This document shows positions 38,109 through 46,207 of a stretch of DNA of 64,000 bases, piece by piece. How positions within the stretch are numbered: the first letter of the stretch is position 1; each line of letters opens with the position of its first letter. This DNA comes from Parachlamydiales bacterium (GTDB lineage: Bacteria > Chlamydiota > Chlamydiia > Chlamydiales > JAJFMK01): contig OY969899.1 in the NCBI GenBank assembly GCA_963704365.1, positions 311,741 to 375,740 of the forward strand, given 5' to 3'. The notes below the pieces were generated by a model. The model was not told where the DNA came from, did not search any database, and saw nothing but the letters and a program-made list of their open reading frames with translations. The position numbers and the translations under genes are program-made.

Positions 38109-38557
38109 AGATGTTTTTCGAAAAAGATGTCGAGTTGCCCTTCAAAGCCAAACTGTTCGGCCAAAAGGTTTGATAAATTCTCAAGAATTGAGGGTTCTGT
38201 CTGACCTGCAAGGATTAACTCTAGAAGTTTTCCACCCTCTTTCAATTTGCAGGAGATGACGTGCAGGCTTGGGTTTTCTGCCCTTACAAAAGTTTGTATC
38301 CCTTTTTTGAGGGTTTCAATAGAGACAGTCCCTTTCCCTTTTAGTAAATTGAAAGTGTAAGTCGGCAGCCCTTTTCCTTCTCTTTGGAAATTGAGCAAAC
38401 TCAAAAAAAGTAGAAAAAGCGCCCCAAGCGTAAGTGTCAACCGATATTCGGTTAGCAATAAAAAGGCCTTTTCTGTTGACCAAGTCGCCCACAGAAGAAA
38501 AAATGCCAATAACAAAAAGGTTAGGGAGGTAACCAAAGAGATGATTTTATCGGCCAT
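38105..38557 (-). CDS. hypothetical membrane protein co-transcribed with asp23 (possible Asp23 membrane anchor)
   Basis: Two N-terminal TM helices. The start overlaps the asp23 stop. The anchor role is only an inference from context. Confidence 0.5.
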   Translation of the reverse strand: MADKIISLVTSLTFLLLAFFLLWATWSTEKAFLLLTEYRLTLTLGALFLLFLSLLNFQREGKGLPTYTFNLLKGKGTVSIETLKKGIQTFVRAENPSLHVISCKLKEGGKLLELILAGQTEPSILENLSNLLAEQFGFEGQLDIFFEKHL

Positions 38558-39005
38558 TAAACCCTTCAGGCAAATCCTCGATCGGACGGCTAGGATTTGA
38601 AAGTTCTCGCCCTTCTGTTGGTAGCAAAATGTCTTTGATGACTACATGCACTTCCGAAACGTGTAGCCCCGTGTAGCGTGTCACCTCTTCCGATATTCTG
38701 GCCTGAACTTCTTCGGCTTTGTCTGGAATCGATATCCCATAAGCCACATTGACTTCAACACGTATGGCAACAGTATGATTTTTGCTGTCCTGCATGATGA
38801 TGACACCGCTGATTCCATCAGGGTTTGCTATTTGCAATAGGTTATCGATCAAATTTCCTTCGGAAAGAGTTACTCCTCCGACTGCTGAAATGACCCTTAC
38901 AACTAGGTGTTGGAACACTTTGTTGTCAATATCCCTGACAAAAAGTGTCTCAGGATATTCAAATTCCGTCTTCGCCTGGGGGCGCTTTTTTAGTATTTCG
39001 CTCAT
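38547..39005 (-). CDS. Asp23/Gls24-family envelope stress protein
   Basis: LFVRDIDNKVFQHLVVRVISAVGGV...VAIRVEVNVAYGISIPDKAEEVQARISEEVTRYTGLHVSEVHVVIKDI follows the Asp23 pattern. Confidence 0.85.
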   Translation of the reverse strand: MSEILKKRPQAKTEFEYPETLFVRDIDNKVFQHLVVRVISAVGGVTLSEGNLIDNLLQIANPDGISGVIIMQDSKNHTVAIRVEVNVAYGISIPDKAEEVQARISEEVTRYTGLHVSEVHVVIKDILLPTEGRELSNPSRPIEDLPEGFNGR

Positions 39006-39098
39006 AATGCATGATTCTAGAAGAGACTGGAATTTTCTGTGTACCGCCTTTTTCTCGAGAGAAATTAACCGTTTTGAGTTATAATTATTTACATCACT

Positions 39099-39557
39099 AT
39101 GGGAATTACAGAGATATTACTGAAGGCAGGCCTTGCTTGGGCTGCCATTACAATAGCAAAAAATAGAGGAAGAGACCCCATCATCTGGGGAGCCCTTACC
39201 GCTTTTTTTCTTTTTCCCATTCTATTTCTCCTTTTTTTACCCCCAGTCAGAAGAGCTCGTCCAACAGCAAATGCCAAATCTCAACAGGAGGAGACCTTTA
39301 CTGGACACACAGTGGATGTTAAGCCTTTATCTAATGAAGAAGAGCACCCTCAGGAGGGGACCAATTCTTTCAATTCAGTCCAGTGGTTTCTTTTAGATAG
39401 TGAGAGAAAGTCTGTTGGACCTTTCCCTTTCACTGATATGCAGCAAAAATTCTGGGATGGCGATCTCACTGAAGAGACTTTCGTCTGGACCCCCGAATGG
39501 AAGGAGTGGAAAAAAGTCGGCTCCATCCCTGGTCTCTTAAGCTCGTTGTCCAGGTAA
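39099..39557 (+). CDS. GYF_2 (DUF4339) domain protein with N-terminal TM hairpin
   Basis: C-terminal WFLLDSERKSVGPFPFTDMQQKFWDGDLTEETFVWTPEWKEWKKVGSIPGL is a GYF_2-type domain. Confidence 0.75.
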   Translation: MGITEILLKAGLAWAAITIAKNRGRDPIIWGALTAFFLFPILFLLFLPPVRRARPTANAKSQQEETFTGHTVDVKPLSNEEEHPQEGTNSFNSVQWFLLDSERKSVGPFPFTDMQQKFWDGDLTEETFVWTPEWKEWKKVGSIPGLLSSLSR

Positions 39558-39600
39558 TGAACCTTTGAAGCTCATTAACAAGATTTTCCTCAGGGAGCAT

Positions 39601-39960
39601 TCAATTTAAGGTACTGAAAGGAGGGTGCATGTTCCCAAAGAGTTGGGTTCCTACATTGTATCTTTGCCTAAACTGTTGCTCTTTGACAGGGAGTGATTCC
39701 AGTTGGTATCCACGGGCCTTTTTTTCTGGAAGACAGATCTGGAAGCCTAAGAATTCCGATATTTTCAAAGCTACAGGATCTTCTCAAAGATCTTCATATT
39801 TGATGGCTATGATCTGGGCCTCTTCAAGGGCTACGGTAGGATTTTGCCCTTCCACTAGACGAAATACTGTTGCCTTTTCTACATACTGATCGACCATCGC
39901 TTTTGCATGTGGAAGAATCATGTCATATTGGGCCAATACCGCATCAAAATTAGTTAACAC
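39601..39960 (-). pseudogene. protein-like minus-strand reading frame interrupted by one in-frame TGA (39784-39786); function unknown
   Basis: The frame is open from 40077 to 39604 except for a single TGA. The halves read VLTNFDAVLAQYDMILPHAKAMVDQYVEKATVFRLVEGQNPTVALEEAQIIAIKYEDL * EDPVALKISEFLGFQICLPEKKARGYQLESLPVKEQQFRQRYNVGTQLFGNMHPPFSTLN. Candidate starts are GTG 39960 and ATG 39921. The plus-strand ORFs here look non-coding. Confidence 0.3.
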
Positions 39961-40056
39961 GTCGATAACTACCTTAAAATCAAAGGTAAAGAATTCCTTC
40001 CCACCAGACTTCCTGGCAATGGAGGGGTCTAAGGGTGCTCTAGGAGAGCCAAATTT

Positions 40057-40096
40057 GGAAAAACGAAAAAATCGGCTCTACTCAGGTAGGCCGATT
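40057..40096 (-). terminator. rho-independent terminator after rpsN
   Basis: On the minus strand: AATCGGCCTAC-ctga-GTAGaGCCGATT followed by TTTTTTCGTTTTT. Confidence 0.6.
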
Positions 40097-40152
40097 CGCA
40101 GTCAGGCATTTATTAGTTTTATCCAAAGTTGGCCTCTGCAGCCCCCCTTAGA

Positions 40153-40458
40153 CTACCAGCTGGCTTTTGTGATGCCAGGGATGAGCCCTGCAAGAGCCAT
40201 CTCACGGAAACAAAGACGTGATAGACCAAACTGACGGAGGTAGCCACGAGCGCGGCCAGTCAGTTTGCAACGGTTTCTTAGCCTGGTCGGGCTAGAGTCG
40301 CGAGGCATCTTGTTAAGAGAAACGCGAGCTGCATGACGCTCTTCTTCAGAAGAGTGGATGTTGCTAGCTTGTTCTTTCAACTTTTGCCGCTTCGCCCAAT
40401 TGAGTTGGACTGTATGTTCGCGTCTCTTTTGCTTTTCAACAGAAGATTTCTTTGCCAT
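40153..40458 (-). CDS. rpsN: 30S ribosomal protein S14 (long, 101-aa form)
   Basis: [43 protein letters not shown]. Confidence 0.95.
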   Translation of the reverse strand: MAKKSSVEKQKRREHTVQLNWAKRQKLKEQASNIHSSEEERHAARVSLNKMPRDSSPTRLRNRCKLTGRARGYLRQFGLSRLCFREMALAGLIPGITKASW

Positions 40459-40476
40459 ATTCTCTAGAGTCCTTCT

Positions 40477-40614
40477 CTATTTTTTGCGAGCAGGCCCTTT
40501 TTGGCGCTGCTTGCGGTTTGGGTCTTTTTTATTGATAACATAAAGTCTACCTTGACGGCGTACTAAAATGTCACCTTTTGATGGGTCAGCTTTAACTGAG
40601 GCTTTCACTTTCAT
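40477..40614 (-). CDS. rpmJ: 50S ribosomal protein L36, Cys-less type B (45 aa)
   Basis: [45 protein letters not shown] resembles YkgO-type L36 (MKV...RKGRLYVI..NPR.K.RQ). The track ORF 40477..40668 extends upstream without support. Confidence 0.85.
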   Translation of the reverse strand: MKVKASVKADPSKGDILVRRQGRLYVINKKDPNRKQRQKGPARKK

Positions 40615-40667
40615 TTTTTGCACCGGAAAACAAGTAGCAGTGTAACCTTCAAGAAGGATTTGTTTCA

Positions 40668-41006
40668 ATGGATAATCACGTTTTTTTACGCGGTCAGAGA
40701 AAAGGGCAGGCTTTTGTCCTTCTGGCCGTTACAGTTGTTTGGCTCTATGTGCTCTGGCTTTTCTTTCTAATGAGTCACCAACTCATCTTGACAATTAGGC
40801 AAGAAAATATCCCTATAACCTTGCTAAATGGCTTTTATTTAACCCTTTTTTATGCCACCCCCTTTTCGATTCCCGTCTCCATTTGCCTGATGTGGTTTTA
40901 CTTTTTTAAACGGAAGATTTGGGATGGGCTTTTGTGGGGCGTAGTTCCTTTGGTCATGTTGATTTTGAGCCTTACAACTTTTTACCTTCTATCCTCTATT
41001 GCTTGA
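40668..41006 (+). CDS. hypothetical small membrane protein
   Basis: Three hydrophobic helices, but the ORF sits in the rpmJ promoter region and overlaps the 3' end of the next gene. It could be a T-rich artefact. Confidence 0.35.
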   Translation: MDNHVFLRGQRKGQAFVLLAVTVVWLYVLWLFFLMSHQLILTIRQENIPITLLNGFYLTLFYATPFSIPVSICLMWFYFFKRKIWDGLLWGVVPLVMLILSLTTFYLLSSIA

Positions 41007-41443
41007 AGGAACTGCCCCTTCCAATAGTAATGATCCAGAAGCCCTTCGGTGCTCCGTCCGAGAGCAACGTACGCAAGATAAAGTGCTTCGATCGAGGCAA
41101 GCCCCCGCTCTGGATCTGCGCAGTCTGTCTGTCTACGAGGGTAGGCAGTCCTGGCACTTGGAGGTAGTGATCTTTTTGGCAGGTGAGAGATAAGGGGTGC
41201 CAGCCCTTTTTCCATATGGGCCGCCAATTTCCAGGTGGCGTCGATCAATATAAGGTTGGCATCGTTATCTTCTGGGGTGAGGGGAGGACCGTCGAAAGAA
41301 AGTAAGAAGGTATTAGGAGGGATTTGAATTTCAGCCTTAAGGGGATAGGGGATAAATCGGAGATCTGGGCGTCCAATAAGGGGCTGAAGGGAGCACTTTT
41401 TCAAATTTTCTTTTCTATGTCTGAAGATGATAGTAAATTGCAT
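40982..41443 (-). CDS. DTW-domain (TDD superfamily, Tsr3/DTWD-like aminocarboxypropyltransferase) protein
   Basis: ILIDATWKLAAHM (DxTW motif), N-terminal ENLKKCSLQPL, and C-terminal GLASIEALYLAY. Confidence 0.6.
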   Translation of the reverse strand: MQFTIIFRHRKENLKKCSLQPLIGRPDLRFIPYPLKAEIQIPPNTFLLSFDGPPLTPEDNDANLILIDATWKLAAHMEKGLAPLISHLPKRSLPPSARTAYPRRQTDCADPERGLASIEALYLAYVALGRSTEGLLDHYYWKGQFLQAIEDRR

Positions 41444-41497
41444 TTTTAAAAAGATTTCCTTATAATGAAGTATTCAAACTTTAAAGAAAGGGAGCCA

Positions 41498-42559
41498 ATG
41501 TCAAACTTGTTAAAGAAGGGGCTCGTCTGGGTCCTCATCACCCTGATCCTCTTACCAACAGCCGCCCTTCTCACGGGTGCATCCCATTCTAAAGGAGCAA
41601 ATAGCCTCCCTTGGACTACTGATTATAGCCTAGCGCTTGAAAGATCTAAAGCTGAAGGAAAGCCAGTCCTTCTATTCTTTACCGGATCCGACTGGTGCAC
41701 CTGGTGCACACGCCTTGAAACAGAGGTGTTTGAAACATCAACTTTCATTGATAGCGTCAAAGACAAGTATATCTTTGTTGAGCTCGACTTTCCTCATAGC
41801 ACTCCAATTGCAGCGGACGTAAAAGCACAAAACAAGAAACTCCAAGAAAAATATGCTGTAAAGGGTTACCCAACTGTCATTATCGTTGACGGCGAAGGAC
41901 AAAAGGTTGTCCAGACCGGTTACGAAGCTGGCGGCGGCAAATTTTATGCAAACCATTTAGATAAATTGGTTTCACCTCACTTAGCTAAGTTCGCAAAAGG
42001 TGATAAATCCGCGCCTGTTGCTATGGCTGTTAATGCAAATACACAAAAAGTGGTAAAAGCAGTCACGCAAGAAAGCGTCGACATTGAATTGATCGCGTTG
42101 AAAGGGATGACTGCCCAGTCTCGTTCAAGAGCTTTGAGCGATGAGCTTGCTAAGTCTTTGCCTGACCAAAATTTTCTAAGGGCTGCCTACCTCATCATGG
42201 AAGAGGGGAGTCAGATCAAGGAAAAATTGCTAGCTTTAGATCCTAATCACGAACAAGGAACTAGTTACTTTCTCTCGTTTGCAGACTATGTCAAACAAGG
42301 TGAGTCGGTTCAGCCTCTGATCGCTTTTGTTGAAAAAGTAGGCGAAAAAGATAAGGCCAATCTCTGGAAGGCTGAATGGACAATAGCTAAAGGCTACCAA
42401 AAAGCTGGTGATTATGAGAAAGCGATGAAGTGGGCTGAAAAGTCGATTGCGCATGCTCCAGATCCTTCTAAGACAGAAGTACAGACTTGGATTAGCTCGG
42501 TTAAACAAGTGGCTCAACAGGACAAAGTGGCTCTTGAAGCCAATGTTGAACAGATCTAG
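41498..42559 (+). CDS. secreted thioredoxin-fold protein (WCTWC active site) with C-terminal helical/TPR-like region
   Basis: A signal-like N-terminus is followed by KPVLLFFTGSDWCTWCTRLETEVF (thioredoxin_7-like CxxC). ATG 41498 follows AGGGAG. Confidence 0.75.
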   Translation: MSNLLKKGLVWVLITLILLPTAALLTGASHSKGANSLPWTTDYSLALERSKAEGKPVLLFFTGSDWCTWCTRLETEVFETSTFIDSVKDKYIFVELDFPHSTPIAADVKAQNKKLQEKYAVKGYPTVIIVDGEGQKVVQTGYEAGGGKFYANHLDKLVSPHLAKFAKGDKSAPVAMAVNANTQKVVKAVTQESVDIELIALKGMTAQSRSRALSDELAKSLPDQNFLRAAYLIMEEGSQIKEKLLALDPNHEQGTSYFLSFADYVKQGESVQPLIAFVEKVGEKDKANLWKAEWTIAKGYQKAGDYEKAMKWAEKSIAHAPDPSKTEVQTWISSVKQVAQQDKVALEANVEQI

Positions 42560-42585
42560 TTAGAACAAATACTACAAGATAAACA

Positions 42586-42618
42586 GGGTAAGGCTACGAA
42601 AGTAGCTTTACCCTTTTT
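42586..42618 (+). terminator. rho-independent terminator
   Basis: GGGTAAGGCTAC-gaaa-GTAGCTTTACCC followed by TTTTT. Confidence 0.8.
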
Positions 42619-42802
42619 CATTTTAAGCTAGAGAGAAAAATAGCAGGATGAATTGGATAGCCTTCGGCTACTTAAAAATAATATTAGGTGAAGCTTCATG
42701 CCTGCCCATCACATACGCATCAACCTAAGCCTAGCGGTAGATGCTAAGCTAATTAACCACAAATAGATGGAATAAAAAAAGAGTAGAATGTCAGAGTCGA
42801 TT

Positions 42803-43036
42803 ATTCTAGAAGGGGCAATTCAAAATCCTCTCTTTGTGCTCTCTGGTAAAAAATAAAAAGAAGATCACCACAGAGCTCACGGAGAGCACAGAGAGTAATC
42901 TTGGACCTTTATTCGAAGATTTAAGCCGTTTTTGACTAAATTGATTTCTAAATGTTTCTTTGTAAGTAATTTGCTTTTAACAGATTGTTGAGAAATTGGT
43001 GTTCCTTAAGTTGATGCGTATGCCTGCCCATCCTAT
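42803..43036. repeat. ~235-bp intergenic repeat, copy B (contains hairpin core 42827..42895); inverted relative to copy C
   Basis: The reverse complement aligns base-for-base with 55919..56155 apart from a few substitutions and a short deletion in one hairpin arm. A partial extra copy of the element end lies at 42638-42729 (AAATAGCAGGATG...CATACGCATCAACCTAAG). Confidence 0.85.
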
Positions 43037-43049
43037 TATTTTTTTTGAT

Positions 43050-43454
43050 TTAGCAAGCTGTGGCTAATATGACTTCAGTTGGAATAGCGGTCTTCGTTGG
43101 TGTGACAAAGAGTCGCTTGAGGTCTTGTGTAATAGCATCAAGTGTGACCGGACTCTTCGTTTTGTTAGAAGGACGGATGTTGATGATGATGGTAGGGGGA
43201 AGGATGTGTTGGTTTAATCGAAAAGCCTCTTTAACCAATCTCTTGAACCGATTTCTTTCGTGGGCTTTACCGAATTTTTTTGATACAGTGATTCCAACTC
43301 TAGGGCTAGAGCTTAAGTGTCTGTTGGTACCTTGTAAGAAATCTGCGACAAAAACATTCCCATACACCCTTTTTCCCTTTTGTGAAAGGCGCTTATACTC
43401 CGTGCTTTTTGTTACACGGAGTCGTTTTGGAAATGAAAAATTAGTGTCAGTCAA
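43050..43454 (-). CDS. rnpA: ribonuclease P protein component
   Basis: [21 protein letters not shown]...[28 protein letters not shown]. Start set at TTG 43454, 10 nt after the rpmH stop. The track ORF to 43526 would overlap rpmH. Confidence 0.85.
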   Translation of the reverse strand: MTDTNFSFPKRLRVTKSTEYKRLSQKGKRVYGNVFVADFLQGTNRHLSSSPRVGITVSKKFGKAHERNRFKRLVKEAFRLNQHILPPTIIINIRPSNKTKSPVTLDAITQDLKRLFVTPTKTAIPTEVILATAC

Positions 43455-43464
43455 AGAAATAGTG

Positions 43465-43602
43465 TTAGACGCGAGTGAGCTGCTTGCGACCTTGACGGCG
43501 ACGACGGTTAATGATTTTACGACCATCGGCAGTTTTCATCCGTTTCCGGAAGCCGTGGTTCTTTTTTCTGTGGATTTTGCTCGGTTGGTAGGTTCTTTTC
43601 AC
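43465..43602 (-). CDS. rpmH: 50S ribosomal protein L34 (45 aa)
   Basis: Hand translation gives (GTG)[44 protein letters not shown]. It is below the track cutoff. The rpmH-rnpA order is canonical. Confidence 0.9.
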   Translation of the reverse strand: MKRTYQPSKIHRKKNHGFRKRMKTADGRKIINRRRRQGRKQLTRV

Positions 43603-43674
43603 GTGTGGCAACCTTTATCTAAAAGAATGAGAGCAGATTTTAGACAATTTTCCACTTTCCAGACAAGGTTTTTC

Positions 43675-43704
43675 TTGTCTTTCCTCTAGAGGGAAGGTTA
43701 TAAT
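43675..43704 (+). promoter_or_regulatory. sigma-70-like promoter candidate for the alanine/cation symporter gene
   Basis: TTGTCT - 18 nt - TATAAT, about 50 nt upstream of ATG 43754. Confidence 0.35.
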
Positions 43705-43753
43705 GTAGAGTAACTTCTGGGGGGTTGTTCTGCTAAAAGAATCGTTTTTTCCT

Positions 43754-45094
43754 ATGATCGAGCTTGTCGAAGACGGCATCTGGTCTTATATTGGCTTTCC
43801 CCTAGTTTTGTTAATTGGTATCTATTTTACCTTCCGCTCTGGATTTGCGCAGATCAGATACTTTCCAACCGTTGTTAAAAACTTTATTGAATTGGTCTGC
43901 ACGAAAGAATGTGGAACTGGGATACATCCATTAAAGGCATTTTTTGCCTGTGTCGGAGGATGTGTTGGAATAGGCAATGTGGTCGGTGTTGTCGTTGCTG
44001 TGCAGCTTGGTGGACCTGGCGCTCTCTTTTGGCTATGGGTTACAGCCCTTTTTGGGATGATGCTGAAGTATTGCGAAGTCTATTTAGGGATGAAATTCCG
44101 GGTCAAGGACGGGAATGGCGGCTACAAGGGCGGCCCGATGTACTTTTTGCAAAAAGTATTCAAAACGATGTTTGTCCCCTACATCGTCTGCGTTTTACTG
44201 TGCGTTTACGGTGTCGAGGTTTTCCAATTTAGTGTTGTTGTTAACAGCATTTCACAAAACTTTGTCGTAGACAAAACTGTGGTGACAGTAGCTTTAATCA
44301 TACTCGTTATTTACGCAGCTCTTGGTGGTGTGAAAAGGGTTGGGTCGATTAATGCGTGGATCATACCCTTATTTGTTATCCTTTATGTGGGAATGGGGGC
44401 GTATGTTTTTTATCAGAACTTTGAAGCGATCCCCGGGGTGATTGCAAAAGTCTTCTCTTCAGCTTTTTCAGGGCATGCAGCCTTCGGTGGTTTCATTGGA
44501 AGCTCCTTGTTGGGTACGATTTCTCATGGGATACGCCGGGCTAGCTACTCTGGAGATTTAGGAGTTGGGTATGCCTCTGTTATTCATAGTGAATCTTCTT
44601 CTCGTAGTCCCGAAAAGCAGGCCTCGCTTGTCTTTTTCGACCTCTTTTTAGATGCGTTTATCATCTGTTCGACGACCCTGTTTGTTATTCTTGTGACCGA
44701 TAGTTGGCACCAGTCGATCGATAGCACAATGATTGTTCAGGAGGCGCTATCGAACTATTTCCCCTACATGAACTACTTCATGCCGTTCTTCCTCTTCCTT
44801 CTCGGCTATTCCACTATCAATGCCTACTTTGTTGTGGGGTTAAAGTGTGCTGAATTCATGCTTGGGCGTTGGGGAAAACCGATTTACATCGTTTTTGGTG
44901 CTGTTACATTATTTGCTTTTGCCTTTGTCGATATCTACGAAGCGCAAATGGTGATGTCGTTAACCAATGCCTTGCTGTTGGTGGTGAACTCCTACGGTAT
45001 TTTCCGTTTAAGAAAAGAAATCAGCTTCAACATCAAAGGGACCGCGCCAATACTTGTTCCAGTGCCACAAGACAAAGTCGTAGCAGTAGATTAA
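43754..45094 (+). CDS. alanine/glycine:cation symporter (AGCS family)
   Basis: GGPGALFWLWVTALFGMMLKYCEVYLGMKFR and the overall ~11-TM layout are typical of AGCS carriers. Confidence 0.9.
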   Translation: MIELVEDGIWSYIGFPLVLLIGIYFTFRSGFAQIRYFPTVVKNFIELVCTKECGTGIHPLKAFFACVGGCVGIGNVVGVVVAVQLGGPGALFWLWVTALFGMMLKYCEVYLGMKFRVKDGNGGYKGGPMYFLQKVFKTMFVPYIVCVLLCVYGVEVFQFSVVVNSISQNFVVDKTVVTVALIILVIYAALGGVKRVGSINAWIIPLFVILYVGMGAYVFYQNFEAIPGVIAKVFSSAFSGHAAFGGFIGSSLLGTISHGIRRASYSGDLGVGYASVIHSESSSRSPEKQASLVFFDLFLDAFIICSTTLFVILVTDSWHQSIDSTMIVQEALSNYFPYMNYFMPFFLFLLGYSTINAYFVVGLKCAEFMLGRWGKPIYIVFGAVTLFAFAFVDIYEAQMVMSLTNALLLVVNSYGIFRLRKEISFNIKGTAPILVPVPQDKVVAVD

Positions 45095-45181
45095 AGAACA
45101 AGATGAAGAGGATCGCCAGAGGCGAAAAGGATATAAGTACTTATCCTTTTCGCCTCTGGCGATCCTCTTCACCTTGTTCTT
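45094..45181. terminator. very long hairpin between convergent genes (29-bp perfect stem plus 9-bp outer stem)
   Basis: AAGAACAAG-at-GAAGAGGATCGCCAGAGGCGAAAAGGATA-taagtact-TATCCTTTTCGCCTCTGGCGATCCTCTTC-ac-CTTGTTCTT. It begins at the last base of the symporter stop codon. Confidence 0.6.
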
Positions 45182-45193
45182 AATTTGGATAGT

Positions 45194-45769
45194 TTAGTCT
45201 TTCTTGCGAAGCTGTGTGATAAGATATTCGACGCCAGAAACAAATGTGTAAATGGCAGCGACCATTGTTAAAGTCATGCTGACATTGACCAAGTCATCCA
45301 GATCTACAATCTCAATCCTATAAAGGTAGAGCAGGGAAGTGACAATCATGATCACTGCGCCTTGCAAAACAGCCTTGATTTTTCCGCTCCAGCGAGCTTG
45401 CAAAGCCACACCTTTGAGGGCAACCACAGTTCTAAGTGTGCTGATCGATGACTCTCTGTAAAGGATGATCAAGATGAGGTAGAGGGGCAGAGAGACTGGA
45501 GGCATAGTCAGTGTGAGAAACACAGCCATTCTATAGAGGCTATCGGCAAAGGGATCGAGGATTTTGCCTAGGTTTGTTACCTGTCCCCATCGTCTTGCTA
45601 AGTACCCATCTAATAAGTCAGAGCCTTCTGCAGCGACAAGTAAAGTCAACAGCAGGAGTGCTGTCTGAGGAGAGTCTCCCGTGCTGTAGAAGTAAAAAAA
45701 TAAAGGTCCAACGAGGAGCCTAAACAGAGTCAAAATATTGGGGAGTGTAAATTTCAGAGCCATAACCAC
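45194..45769 (-). CDS. pgsA: CDP-diacylglycerol--glycerol-3-phosphate 3-phosphatidyltransferase (CDP-alcohol phosphatidyltransferase)
   Basis: DLLDGYLARRWGQVTNLGKILDPFADSL equals the D-G-x2-A-R-x8-G-x3-D-x3-D motif. Confidence 0.85.
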   Translation of the reverse strand: MVMALKFTLPNILTLFRLLVGPLFFYFYSTGDSPQTALLLLTLLVAAEGSDLLDGYLARRWGQVTNLGKILDPFADSLYRMAVFLTLTMPPVSLPLYLILIILYRESSISTLRTVVALKGVALQARWSGKIKAVLQGAVIMIVTSLLYLYRIEIVDLDDLVNVSMTLTMVAAIYTFVSGVEYLITQLRKKD

Positions 45770-45805
45770 TCATCATAAAGAAGATCGAAACCTTTTTCAA
45801 ACAGA

Positions 45806-45834
45806 TTGACGAAATACTACACATGTAGTAGATT
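45806..45834 (+). promoter_or_regulatory. promoter with embedded BlaI-type operator 1 (TACTACacatGTAGTA, 45815..45830)
   Basis: TTGACG (-35) - 17 nt - TAGATT (-10). The 16-bp dyad fills the spacer. The ATG at 45842 is only 7 nt from the -10 and has no SD, so the mRNA is probably leaderless. Confidence 0.55.
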
Positions 45835-45841
45835 TTCAGCC

Positions 45842-46207
45842 ATGTTAGCCAAACGGGAATTCGGTGAGCTGGAGCTGACCATTTTAAAAACTTTTGAGGA
45901 TCGGCACAAGCTGACTGTCAAGGAGGTTGTCTCTTTACTTGGCGGCTCTGATAAGTACACAACGATCATGACTGTTATGAACCGGATGGTAGAAAAAGGT
46001 GTGCTGAAAAGGGAACGAAATGGCTTGCAGTACCAATATTGGACCACTTCTTCCTCTCCCAGTTTTTTTGAAAGATTAAAGGGAAAATTTTTCGATGGAA
46101 ACTCTGCCTCTCTCGCAGCTTATCTAATAGAATCCGGCGATATTTCTGAAGACGAACTTTCATCGCTTGAAACTTTGATCAAAAAAATGAGAAGGGAAGG
46201 GAAGTGA
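45842..46207 (+). CDS. BlaI/MecI/CopY-family transcriptional repressor
   Basis: Winged-helix stretch LELTILKTFEDRHKLTVKEVVSLL...YTTIMTVMNRMVEKGVLKRERNGLQYQYW. Confidence 0.85.
   Translation: MLAKREFGELELTILKTFEDRHKLTVKEVVSLLGGSDKYTTIMTVMNRMVEKGVLKRERNGLQYQYWTTSSSPSFFERLKGKFFDGNSASLAAYLIESGDISEDELSSLETLIKKMRREGK

Noticed and set aside
39629-40234. Plus-strand ORFs 39629..39889 and 39920..40234
   Set aside because: They are Cys/Ser/Trp-rich and implausible as proteins. The second overlaps rpsN. The opposite strand reads much more like protein (see the in-frame-TGA finding).
43060-43689. 209-aa plus-strand ORF
   Set aside because: It is antisense to rnpA and rpmH, whose identity is unambiguous. 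Its composition is junk-like.
43603-43753. Glycine riboswitch upstream of the alanine/glycine symporter
   Set aside because: The conserved GGAGAG...CACCG...ACCGAAGGGGCAA-type cores are absent. Only a promoter-like TTGTCT-N18-TATAAT and small palindromes are present.
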